The translations under genes were made by a program, and so were the position numbers. From NCBI GenBank assembly GCA_023515725.1, contig JALDTO010000146.1, forward strand, positions 62,001 to 126,000: DNA of 64,000 bases, read 5' to 3'. Of the stretch, positions 25,706 through 38,193 are shown piece by piece. The notes under the pieces were generated by a model that made no database searches, was not told the origin of the DNA, and saw only the letters and a program-made list of their open reading frames with translations. Source of the stretch: Amoeboaphelidium protococcarum X5. Its lineage: Eukaryota; Fungi; Aphelidiomycota. Positions within the stretch are counted from its first letter, which is position 1, and each line of letters starts with the position of its first letter.

Positions 25706-26827
25706 TCAGGTAAGTTCACTATGATCAAGTTTGTCAGCGTATGACTTTAGTATGTCTATCTTCCATCGCTCATTAGAAGACAAAGGCCTAAGACTATAAA
25801 ACGCGCTAACCAGAGATGTCCATTCAGTAGAATTTGAAGTATCATAAGCCTAGATCAAATCTTGGCAGAGCTGCCCTTCCCGTGACGCGTCAAAGGCGGG
25901 AAACTCTTCAACCATTCTCTTATACTTTGTGATAAAATCGATAAACTGTCCAGAGACACCAAGGGTACACAAACAGCTGCATAGAATAATCTCATTGATC
26001 CTGAATTTGTACGTTTCTTCAAAGCGAGGAGATTTCATCAAGTCATCAACTTCGCTTACAGCCTCTTTATAACGATTAGTTGTCGCATAAGCATTAACTA
26101 GTTTGTATCGCGCATATACAGCTCTAATGTCATCATCCGCTTGATAGAAGTCAACAACCTTCCTGAGTGAGAGGATGGCTTTATCAGGTCTGTCCATTTG
26201 CATATCACCAATAGTATCATAACACCTGGCGGCGCGGTTCATCGACCGATCGTATTACTCATACAATTCAGCGGCTTTTTACAGCGATTATAAACAGAGC
26301 TAATGACTATCTCCCGACTACTTGTAGCACTTATATGCATCTTCATACATACTGGCAGCTTCCACCCCACTGCCGCTCTGGAGTTCTCTATTAGCAATCT
26401 ATGAGCATAATTATGCGCATTTCTAGTACAAATCTCCAGCATATTTATATTGCCTACTCCGCTTTGCGTTTATCGCCTATTGCTATAGTGATTCTATCTA
26501 GCCATCTACTTAAACACCGTGCAATTAATCAGTTCGTTGAGCATCTCCATTCTAATCGCCACCATCAGGAACTGATAATGGAATCCAGATACTCATGAAT
26601 CCTAAATACACCTAACCAGAGCGTCTAATAGTCACCAGCGAAAAAAGTCCATAACTCTAATAATCAAAAGCGGGTTCTCTAGCGAGTGATCTAAGAAATT
26701 TGGGGATCCATTTAGATTAGCTTTCATTTCCTTGAGCCTTCTTGATGTAATCTCGAAATGAGTCTTGAGTTGGGACATTCTTAAAAGCGAAGTAGCCGAT
26801 GACGCCAATGAAAACCAAATACAACAT
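25706..26827 (-). CDS. N-terminally membrane-anchored protein with a SNAP (NSF attachment protein)-like TPR domain
   Basis: Single open frame: MLYLVFIGVIGYFAF (TM), a small N-terminal domain, then AGDLYQKCA, AASMYEDAYKCYK, SLQKAAELY, RAARCYDTIG and alpha-SNAP-like FPAFDASREGQL. Confidence 0.72.
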
Positions 26828-27098
26828 TTCCCACTACGATAATCTAAACTGTGATGAAATGATAGACTTTGCTGGTATCTATTGTAGATCAAAAGCTTCG
26901 AACTGTGTTGTGTTTCAGCACCAGAATTTCTTCGCTCGCTCTTCCCAGCGTGACTTCAAATGAAGAAAGCGTTCATTTGTCAAGTTGATCGTCGCTGACT
27001 TGTATTCGTGTTTTATTCCACACCAATTTCACATTGCTTCCTTACTATAACTTACTAAACAATTATCGCTTTAAGTTTTAAGAGCATTCTAGGGTTAA

Positions 27099-27680
27099 AT
27101 GGAGGCATTATTCGGAATAACGGGAAAAGACTTTGTACTTTTAGCTGCAGATAAGGTGGTTGCTCGCTCCATCATGGTGATGAAGGCTACCGAGGATAAG
27201 AGTAGAGACTTGAGTGGTCACATTGCCATGGTGTACTCTGGTGAGAATGGAGATGCAGTCACTTTTGCTGAGTATATATAGCGCAATGTTTAATACTATG
27301 GAATTAAGCATGAGATTGGACTGAGCACAGCTGCAGCGGCCAACTTTACTCGGCGTGAGTTGGCTCAGTCGCTGAGATCCCGCAAGCCATACAATGTGTT
27401 CACATTGATTGGTGGTTATAGCGAACGTGATGGACCTGAGCTGTACTGGTTGGACTACATGGCTAGTATGTAAAAGATTCCATTCGCTGCTCATGGCTAT
27501 GCTTCATTCTTCACAATGTCCACCATGGATCGTCATTATAAGAAGGATATGAACTTGGAGGAGGCTATTGAACTGTTGAAAATGTGCATGGAAGAGCTCA
27601 AGACTCGCTTTATTGTTAATTTGAAGGAGTATGCTATCAAGGTGATTGACAAGGATGGTGTTCGTGATATTAAAATATGA
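27099..27680 (+). CDS. PRE1: 20S proteasome subunit beta-4 (PRE1/PSMB2)
   Basis: MEALFGITGKDFVLLAAD, GDAVTFAEYIQRNV, AANFTRRELAQSLRSR, PELYWLDY, PFAAHGYA. Confidence 0.95.
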
Positions 27681-27877
27681 GATTTGATTTGAGTGAGTAT
27701 ATGTATGGTCTACTCTATGAAGCTAATACATACAACTTTGTACATGTATACAGACCAGATATGCACTTTTAAACAACTCTCCTTAAATAGAATTACATTC
27801 CATTTATTACTTCAGCGGGGTATTATTTTTAACAAAAGCATCTCATTATAATAACAAAATCGCTCTCAGATTATAGA

Positions 27878-30064
27878 TCAAGCCTTGGCCAATACAATAC
27901 AAGTGCGACATGGAATGTACACCTGCAACCAATTCTGACGACCATCCCAGTCACCGACAGAGGTGTGATGCTTCACCGTCTCATCAATACGATTGTGTCC
28001 AAAGAACTCGCTGTTGTCAGAATTCAGAACCACCTTCAGAGGACCTTGTACATCAGTACCGACACGGTAATCACTGAAACTCTTGTCCCAGTGGAAGTTG
28101 AACACAAATAGTAGAGGACCGCGATCGAATACAATCACCTTATCGCCATCATTCTTACGGCTCACGTACTGAGTGGAATTCAGAAACTTGTACTTCTCTT
28201 CCAACTGATGCATGGCGCGATCAAATTCATACAAGTACTTGTAGCGCAGCAGCTTATCATCTACCAGATTGAACTAACGTCTAGCGTAATGATAACTATT
28301 GCCATTACCTTCTCTTGGAAAGTCCAACCACTCCGGATTACCAAATTCATTGCCTTCAAAGTTCAAGTAACCTTCTCCGCCTAGGCCATACGTCAACAGA
28401 CGAATCATCTTGTGCAAGGCGATACCTCTCTCAATAACTGGGGTACGAGGTGTCACATCAGACATGAAGTCATACATCTCCTTGTCCATCAGCCAGAAAG
28501 CAATAGCCTTATCACCAACCAGTGCCTGATCATGACTCTCGCAGTATGCAATTGTTTTCTCCTACCATCTTCTATTCGTCAGTGTCCACTGGATATCCTG
28601 CACACTCCAATCTTCATCGCGCTTCTCCTTCAACAGCTTAATCCACATATCAGGTATAGCCATGGCCAGCCTGTAATCAAATCCAACTCCACCTTCAGCC
28701 ACCGGACGACACAATGTCGGCATTCCGCTAACATCCTCTGCAATAGTGATCGCATTTGGATACAGCTCATGGATCATATGGTTGGCCAACATTAGGTACG
28801 CCACGCTCTCCAAATCAGTCAAATCACCAAAGTATTCATGATAATCTCCACTGAAGCCATAGCCAATACCATGATGCACATACAACATTGAAGTGACACC
28901 ATCAAAGCGGAAACCATCAAACTTGAACTCTTCCATCCAGAAGCGCACGTTAGACAACAAGAATCTCTAAACTTCATAATGGCCATAGTTGAATAATCTT
29001 GAATCCCACAAATCATGACGCCCTTTGCCACCTTCATGGAAATACTGATGATCACTACCATCAAACTAATTCAGACCATCCAGAACATTCTTACATGCAT
29101 GAGAGTGGACCAAATCCAGCAGCACCACCAGACCCATTCCATGAGCAGTGTCGATCAGCTCCTTCAAATCTTCCGGTGTTCCATAGCGAGATGATGCAGC
29201 AAAGAAGGAAGTCACCTAATACCCAAAAGACGCATAATATGCATGCTCCATGATTGCCATCAACTGGATGGCATTGTAATTCAAGTACTTGATTCTAGGC
29301 AGAACATCGCGAGTGAACTCTTTGTACGTGCAAATCTTGGCCTCTGGACTGGAAATGCCAACATGAGCCTCATAGATACGCAAATCAGATGGCTTTTGAG
29401 GACTCTTGTTCTTCCACTGGTAACTTTGAGGAGGATCCCAAAATACCGCCTCGTACAGAGTACTCTTATTCAAATCCTATTCAACACGACGACTCCAAGC
29501 AGGCAATCTATCAGCCCACTCACCAGATGGAAGCTTCATAGTGATCTTCACCTTAGATCCATGTTAAATAGCCTTGCAACCAGTCTTGGGATCGTCAGGT
29601 AGAAATAGTTCAAACACTCCAAACTGATTACGAGTCATCTTATGGCTAGATCTGTCCCAGTTGTTGAAATCACCAATCAGGTACGCCTCTTACGCATTCG
29701 GAGCCCATTCACGGTACACTATGCCTTTTCTCTCCGGCAAGTAATTCAGACCAAATTGCTCATAGCCACGCGAAAACTTCTCCAGGCCACCATCACCCTA
29801 CTCAATTCTGTGCAGCCAATTCTTGAAGAAGCCAAATCTGTGCTACAGCGCACCTCTGAATGGCTCCAAGTACCCATCCTGAGCAATAACTTGAGTTCCA
29901 TCAACATTCTCTAATGAACTAATCTTTTTATTTCCCAGATCACGGGCTTACGGCTGAGACGCGGCCTGTTCAGATTACACTTGACCCGTCTATTACAACT
30001 ACTGCTTCTACGTGTTTCTCTACGCCTAGTTCTCTTACATTTACTTTTCAGCCTTTACAGTCAT
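27878..30064 (-). CDS. GLC3: 1,4-alpha-glucan (glycogen) branching enzyme
   Basis: [86 protein letters not shown]. Confidence 0.97.
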
Positions 30065-30949
30065 AATTCTCTTACAGTATGTAATTGAAAATGGAATTTA
30101 TACAACACTTATGTAACGAAGATTACTATGAATAAACTGTAGTCCAGTAGAAGAAAGAAACCTCAAATGTTACAATAAAAAGACAATGGTAATGATTGAA
30201 GAGTCAGTCAGTCAGTCAGTTAAAGAGAGAGGTGAATCACACAACTCCCGCTCTCCCGTCGATCAATCAATCAATCAGCCACGCGCGTGTGTTTTGTTTC
30301 ACTTATAAGAACTTTACTGACGCGCGCGTTTTGCTGACAAAGAGACTTAGCGCAATCTGTATAGAGTTTGTGTAACTACAAATTGTTATTAAGCCGCTAA
30401 CCTTTAAAAGAATTATGATTTGATTGGATTGTTGTATATTCTGCGTTGGCGAGAGTTCATGCGGTTGACATTGTGGTTGCGAATATGGGGCTGCAGCTAA
30501 GAGCAGATCAAATGCATCCTCGTTCAGGCCGCAATTCCCAAGCATTTATTTTTATTTAGCAGTTTCACAGTAGTTAATCCTCAGAGTTAGTATACCAGTG
30601 TAGCAACCTTTGTTTCTATACACAGCCTTGCGGATGACTATCTTGAACAGACGTCACGTAAGTACTAACGGAGGCAGTACTTGAGTACCACCAAGGGCAG
30701 CTCTAGATTGCGTCCTTCCTGATGATCAGCTGCTTTCACTGTTCCACCTTATTCTTTTCTGAGAGTCGTCTTTCTTTACTTCGTCCACTACCCGTCTCTT
30801 GAAAACAATTTTAATACCAGTTAACGCGTCCATTGTATTTAGCTTTGATGATGATGATGAGGATCTTATTTCCACCGTGACGTAGAGTGTTATTACTACT
30901 ACGCCTATTATTCACTATCTAACCTACTTCGCTTTAGAGAGTCCTGTCA

Positions 30950-31500
30950 AGAGTCATCTTCCATTCTTCTCTTCCCCTGCCTACTATTTCTCCCACTTCC
31001 TTACTCTGCCCTCATTTTAGCGCGCTTAAGTTCTCTTCCAATGTCCCACCTGTTTCAGCACTAGTTACCATTGGTTTGAGCTACATCTATGATACCATAT
31101 CCGTGTATCAATAACGCAAAGAACACGTCAATGGCTACCGCTTACGACGCTCTACCAAGTGAGGTTGCTCTGAATCTAGCCATCAATTTCTTTAGGGCCT
31201 CTGACACATAAGAGTACTCTGACCATGCCTCATCACAGATGCTTACTATATATCGGGCAATATATTCAGGTTGAAGTCTTCTCTTATCCTCGATTCTTGT
31301 ATCCAATCCACAGAGCGCTGTGCTCAGCTCGCTGATGTGATGATTCCGATCGACAATGATTCCATTATGTCCACAGTTAAACACATGAGTCTAATCCTCA
31401 GCACATTGACCGCATAGTACACATTCTCTCGCCAATTCCCAAACTTTAACTCTTTGTTTTGCTAACAAAGCGGTCAGACGGACAAATTCACTGTAATACG
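30950..31500 (-). mobile_element. Degenerate non-LTR (LINE-like) ORF2 C-terminal remnant
   Basis: ECVLCGQCAEDQTHVFNC fits the zf-RVT CCHC pattern. A downstream frameshifted segment reads WYHRC...KWEK. Confidence 0.5.
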
Positions 31501-31569
31501 CTTAACCTTTTACGATGCTCAAATGACTTCAAATTCTTTTGACAGAGAATGTGAAAAGAAACTGATTAA

Positions 31570-31862
31570 TTCCAACGTAGTTAAATTCCCATTCTACTCG
31601 TGCCCTTCAGATATCTCAATATTATTTTGACTGCCTACCAGTGCTTTATCTATGGATTTTACGTAAATTTGCAAACCTTTCCAACAGCAGCGGAGATCTC
31701 AGGACGCCTTGCACATGCAGCATAGAGCAGAGCTCCGACCACTTCTTGGTACGGAATATTCTTCATATAATCCGCTTCAGTCGGAGTTTAAAAAGGGGCA
31801 ATCATTTTACTAAGCGTCAGATTTGACTCCATTGGAGTAGGACTAGATTTTGCAAACTGCAT
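31570..31862 (-). mobile_element. Ty1/copia reverse transcriptase C-terminal fragment
   Basis: PTPMESNLTL...IPYQEVVGALLYAACARRPEISAAVGKVCKFTQNPQIKHWQAVKIILRYLKGT, a diagnostic copia RT/RNaseH junction. Confidence 0.88.
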
Positions 31863-32772
31863 ATCTGACTTTCCAGTAGTACAGCGACGAATTGATGCTA
31901 ATGGAGCAACACGTCTATACTCTCCAAACGAAATCATCGCAAGGGTAGTGCTACTAATCATATTTGTAAATATCTGTCCATCGAATTTGTCCACCAGCGT
32001 ATTTCCAGACCATTATAGTACTCGAGGTAAGGTGACTCTTCTTAACTTCAAGCTGCCAGCAGAAGGTTTACGGCTGGTAGGATATAGTATATAATTCTGG
32101 CTCATTGAAGTCAAGCCTGCTCCGTTCAAACATGTACGAATTGACTGGGTAATAGCCATCTGCAGGATCATTGGCAGCAAATATAATAAACCCTTGATCA
32201 TCATTATCCTTGAATTTATATTACCCGATATTACTCTACAATGGGACGCGGAAATATTAGTTAAGTCGCCATCATTCATTAGATGACGACTTCTTGGACT
32301 TATACTCGCCAAATTTCTTTGGCTTAGTTGTTGCAGCAGGCTTCTCATATGGTTTAACTTGTTCTATTTATCCGGATGAAAGATGTACGCCAGAGCTTGA
32401 AAACCTTGAACTTTTGCTGCTGTGCCTTTGCGATTATGTCGACGTCCACTTCCCTTGTACGCGCTTTAAGCCAAAGCTAGTCTGTCATCCTAGTCAGCTT
32501 ATTCCTTTGGCCAAGACTCGATAATCCAAACATGAACATGAATCCTTAAATTACTTGTGTACCTAGCACATGGGCCTGCCTGTCTTGACTACCACCCATC
32601 TTGGGCGTCAATTAAATGCACTGTACTTTAGACGAGACGCGAACATGCAATAAGAGCGCGACGCCAATCCGTGAACCATCAGGAACTATAATGCCAGAAG
32701 ATCAGCAGCACCATAATCGCATTTCGCGGTTTAAGCCAATAATTGTTGTTTTCTCCTCTTTCGTATATCGTG

Positions 32773-32773
32773 C

Positions 32774-32806
<33 letters not shown>

Positions 32807-32807
32807 G
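32773..32807 (+). repeat. (CAGA)n microsatellite upstream of the myotubularin-like gene
   Basis: About 8 tandem CAGA units, seen directly. Confidence 0.9.
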
Positions 32808-32898
32808 CGAAAGAGTTCAGTCCTTACGCGATCAATTTCATTCTGGGAACTGACTGCAGTAGTAACAATCAACGATTAACATATTGAATTGAATTGCA

Positions 32899-35335
32899 AT
32901 GGAGAATAAAAAATATACAATTAAACTTTAATGCGGGAACGATGATTGTATGTATTATCAGGCAACTCTAACTATTGAATCCTTCTACTCGACCGTGGAA
33001 GTGATCTCCCTCAGCGAAAGTTCTTAGCCTTTGATTAGAGTATTTAGTCCTTTCATTAAATCTTTATCTATTTATTACCATTCATAATCCTAATGTAGAT
33101 CCTTCATACCAATTTGAGTGTGGTGTTGAGATAGGAAGAGTCTACGCTGGCGATTAGATGTAAATCTATGGAGAGATTTTGTTTAAAGTTCCAGACTGAT
33201 AATGATCTGAATGAAGCGTATCACAAGTACAATGCCTTGCTTTCTATGCAGAATGAAATTGGTAGATAGTACGTGCATCTATACAAGTAGGTTCATCACA
33301 GCAATTTCGAGTAGAAAATGTTCAACTTGAAAGATTTGCATATGACAGCTGATTGTAATAATCCTCAAAAGTTCCGAGAATCTCTAGTCAATTCTCAATA
33401 TGAAATATCATCATGTCTCCCGTCTACATTAATAGTGCCTGCCAGTGTGGACGATGATCAATTGAAGCAGGCTTCAGAGTTTCGGTAGCTTGGTAAAGTG
33501 CCTCATATAGTTTACGCGCATCCGCACTCATAAGCTGTATTGTCGCGTTCAAGTCAGCCATTGTCAGGTGCGAAGAATCGCCGCTCTGTCGCTGATGAAC
33601 ATTATCTGTCTGTTCTATTACAGAGTAGACGTTATGAAGATGGATCTAGCAGTAGTAGTAGTACTGGCCATTCAAATGATTAACTTTCCATCATTGTGGA
33701 TTGTAGATCTAAACAGGGCATTTCATAATCTAAATTAAAGTATGGAGGTGGGTCAGAAGCTGATGGTAATTATCACAACATTAATTTCTATTATGGAAAC
33801 ATTGATGGGTTGTAGAATGGTCAGAACGTATGATGACTTTAGTATTAGGCGGTTTAACGTTAATACTGTTATAACTTTGTTTAAATTACGCGTTCAATGA
33901 AAAGCACTCGCTTATTGTACACATTGTCAATATTTACTTAATATAAAATATATCAGCGTTGTTATACAGACATAACTCTTCGCAGTATATTTTCAAAGAA
34001 TTTCACATTTGAGCGCTTCTTTTGCTTTGTCAAACTCATCGTTGTCGTAAATAACTTTGCCTGATTTAAATTAAAGCCAACATCATTATAATGCTGCAAA
34101 ATATAATAGACGCGCATAGAAAGTTGACTTATTGTGTGTTAAATCCTGACTGCTCAACATCGGAATGGTCAAATGCTGTTGGCGGCTGGCTCAAGATCGT
34201 ACAGCGGTGTCTCAAGACGGCAGATTTCGTTAGTCGCGCTGTAGCATCTAATAATCAGTCATCTTGCCTGGTACACTGCGATGATGGCCTAGACGGAACT
34301 TGTATCGTAGTATCTCTTGCTAAACTGATGATGGACCCCTAGTATAGAACTCTAGGTGGATTCCTAACCGTAATAGATCAAGACTGGATCCAGGAAGGGT
34401 TTCCGTTCTATGTTAAATCTTCAGTCGCTGGTAGTGGTGGTAGATCACTGTAGACTTCTGCTAGATTTCTCACGTCTGGTACTGAAGCTGCTAAAGCATT
34501 TGGTGCTTAAATGATTTCTGATACAGCGACTGCATTCTCCACTTTCAAAAATTAAATATTGACTAATCCTCAACCTGGATCTCTTGATGATTTATCGATA
34601 TCCAAGTTGAGTATTGGATAGTAATAGTAACTGTAACAAGTGAGATCTTTAAGTGGTAATTTTTAGTAATCTCTCCTTCAAGATGGATGCAGATTAGCCG
34701 TATTTACTCTATTTCTAGATTGTTGTCATTAGATGTGGAATCAGTTCCCCACAGAGTTTGAGTTTAATTTAGAGTTGCTGCTGTTGCTCAATGATAGCGC
34801 GTCTGGTAATACCCCGTTTAGTACTTTCTGGTATCCACATACCAACTAGCTGGAAGCGGATGATATACAGCTGTGGGACTTTATATTGCACCACAAGCGG
34901 CGATCACTGTTTCTTAATCCGGTATATCAGCCTGTTGTGTAATCCATGGATAAGTTCAAGTGTCCTCCGCTGCCAGTATCAAGTCATTCAGCTATTCTCG
35001 TGTTCTGGAAGTAGATGTTTGATGCTCAATACGATTTTACACCTGGAACTTATCAGAATGTAATATTCTCGCCCAATTTCTATGATCTATCGTCGGGAGA
35101 TTAAGGAGTATCGTCATCATAATCTTAAGTTGCCAGTCCGATTCCCGCAGTGTTTAGTAATCATGAACAGAATTGGCGTATGAAGGAGTAGATTGACACT
35201 TATAATGCCTCCATAAAGTAGAAGAAGGAAGAATATACTGCAAAGAAGAAATATCTTTAGGAATTACAGGCCATAGTTGATTAGCTACCACAATCATGTC
35301 AAGGTGATTAGCAATCGCATCCTCTAGAGATTTGA
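32899..35335 (+). CDS. Myotubularin-related protein (PH-GRAM + MTM domain + coiled coil), probably catalytically inactive; intron 33040-33098 and a second interruption at about 33820-34109
   Basis: VLSRSSQPLSG, IVDCR, LVHCDDGLDGT, LMMDPQYRTLGGF, LFLDCCHQMWNQFPTEFEFN. Confidence 0.8.
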
Positions 35336-35452
35336 TCCGACCGCTATCCTTATTGATGGAGTACATTGTGCTATAAAAGATAGAAATTATCAAGAGTCGA
35401 TTTAAAATGATCAAAATGAATAATAAATACCACTCACATGTATTAAACATTT

Positions 35453-37666
35453 TCAATCCTTCTTGAGACTGAATGCAAAGTCCCAAGTCTTCAACCACTT
35501 TCTAGCCAGGACGGCTTCCTATGTCAATGGCCATCCATACGTGAATGGGGCAAAGTAGACAAACACAGAGGCAAAGGTTGCAATCAATATGATCAGAACA
35601 ATATTTCTCGTGTTAGCATGACTATACTTGAAAATGAAGTCGTACGCATTAGCCACAGCCATAAAGGAGAAGATCAGAGCAGGCATATAATGATGCAAAA
35701 ACAACACTCTACCCATGATGAAGAAGGGAAAGTAGTGCAGTGCCCAGCCAAGCACAAAGAATCCACCAATGAACTGCAATCGTCTCCTTGTCTGGAAATC
35801 CAAATCATCAATACCTCTTCTCAGAGCAATCAAATCAATAACAATCAACGCTGATACCAGAGCAACACCAAAAGATCCCAGCCACCAAATGAAAGGATTA
35901 CCGATCAAGTACACCTACTGATCTGGTTCCTTCACCCAGTATGATATTCCACGAGACAGTACCGGCCAACTGATGGGGAAACTCTAGAACGGATGAGAAC
36001 TGACCAGAGCTGAATTCTCTCTTAGCATTACGCTCTACTACTCAATAAATTTGCTAAGGAACGATGGTCCTTTATTTTGCATAGCCTTTCTAGCCACAAT
36101 ATCATGCGGTCCCTTCACGGCATCAATTATCCAAGCAGTTGTATCTTCATTGGAATTCTTATTGCCATTCACCTCCTACTAACCGAATCCCCACTCTGGC
36201 AGCTTAGACTTGTAACTGTTGATTCCAACTTTAGTATTTACGTGAATCAATCTAAACTTTGTATCGATAGTACTCATATTCTTAGCCTGTTCATGAGCCT
36301 CAATAAACTCCAACTTGAACAGAGTCTCTTGTCTTCTGGCAGCAAATGCTGCATCATTCAGATCGACACAAGTAACCTCCATATGTGTTTTAGTCAACGG
36401 ACTGGCAACATCGTGAGTGAGTAAGTATTTACCAGTCGTAACATGTAAGAGTTGGATAACGTCGCCATGTCTAACCATTCGAGGCTACTTCTTGCCCACT
36501 GTGACCTTTCCATCCTCCGGGATAATTCTCCAGTCATTATTAGTATCATTATGCGGATATCCCGTCACCTACTATCCGGCACTACTCACTCTTCCATCAT
36601 CATATCGCAACTGATAGTTATGCGCATGGGAATGTAAATAAGCATTAGTCTAATAATGGAGGATAGTGATGGTAGAATTATAATACACTGAACGACTGTC
36701 TTGATTAAACCTGTTATTCTCCAGCGTAGACTAAAACTCTGCACTCATAAAAGTATCACCAGGGCCAGACTTTGTTAATAAAGAAAAGTGAATAGCAAAC
36801 CACAACAGGTAAACAGCGAATGGGACCGCTATGAATCCAATCACTCTACCAGTGAAATGTTTAAAACATTCCCAGTCAGAGATACCACGTCTAATGTCAA
36901 TGATACGCCATAGATCAATAATAGTGGACACACCGACCAGCGCAACAATGAAAAGACCAACCATTTTTACTGAAGTCGTAAGAGATATAGCCACACCTGA
37001 TACGAGCATCCACAGCCACCATTTGGCACAGAATGGGCGATGTCTCTACTGGTAAAACTTTATCCAACAAAAGACGGAGAATATGTCAAAGAAGATCATG
37101 AACGAGTCTAGCAGAATATATCTACATTGAGTGGTAAGTCCAGTATCAAATAAAACCATCGAAGCACCGAGCATAGAAGCATGCAAAGAGTGACCAGTCT
37201 CCTACAAGATTTTAAATACCAGCGGAACCATGGCAGCTCCAAAAAAGGCCGGAAACGATCTCATAAATACAAAAGGAACATTGTGCTCAGCATACACATC
37301 ACCAATCTTGTCGAAAAGATAACTTCCGTCATATCCCTTCAGCCATCCACTTAATGCGACTATCAACTTTCCCAGTGGAGGATGAACATCGAAAAAGAAT
37401 GTGCCACGCAGATAGTAGGAGGCAAACTTTCCAAAGTGAACTTCATCAAATACCACTTGGTCAGGATAATTAAGATTATAAAACCTGGTGAGCACAGCAA
37501 GTACAGTCAGCAATAGTAGAGTTGCACTAACATATACATTCTTCTGAGGTGAGGCGAAAGCATACTTGATACCACTAACGTTAACTTTCTCGCTCTCCGC
37601 AATCGACCTCTTCGGTGAAGTTGGAGACTTGCTAGAATTTCTCTGAGTAGGAACAGTTAACGGCAT
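35453..37666 (-). CDS. Dolichyl-phosphate-mannose protein O-mannosyltransferase (PMT4-like)
   Basis: VVFDEVHFGKFASYY, FFDVHPPLGKL, KSGPGDTFMS, MIR domain (LHSH, QQVTGYPHNDTNNDW), YLIGNPFIWW, GRVLFLHHYMPA. Confidence 0.93.
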
Positions 37667-38193
37667 GTCTTACTGCAATAATAAAAATACTAATAAAAAT
37701 CCCTGCTCTTAAATCCAATACAAGCGCACTAAGAGAGTATATACACACAGGTATTCAAACAAGACACGACGGCGAGGTTGTAAGAGAGAGCGAGAAGAGA
37801 AAGAGCCGAAATATTCGAAACGCGAATTTATTGCGCGATGTGGTGAAACTAACTTAAGCCGTAAAGATGCTGTGGTTTGGATGTCGTCCATTATATCGTC
37901 CAATTTACAATATTTGATCGAGCAGTAAATGTACTTGTCAATTGTATCAAAAAGTAAAATGGAGAGCGATTTAAAAATTTTATCAGCACATGTTATGTAA
38001 AACACCGGGCTTACAAAGAACGCCTAAAAAGCTGCTTGAAACAAAACCGTCGGCATTTGAATTTACGATTCCTGAAACAAATCCTTGTGAAATTATCTCA
38101 TTCTTCACGATTTTATTAAAGAAATTCTAGTAAAAGAGGCCCCGCAAGTACTTCAGAGTGTATTGTGTCTATTCGATATCTATTTCATTAGAT

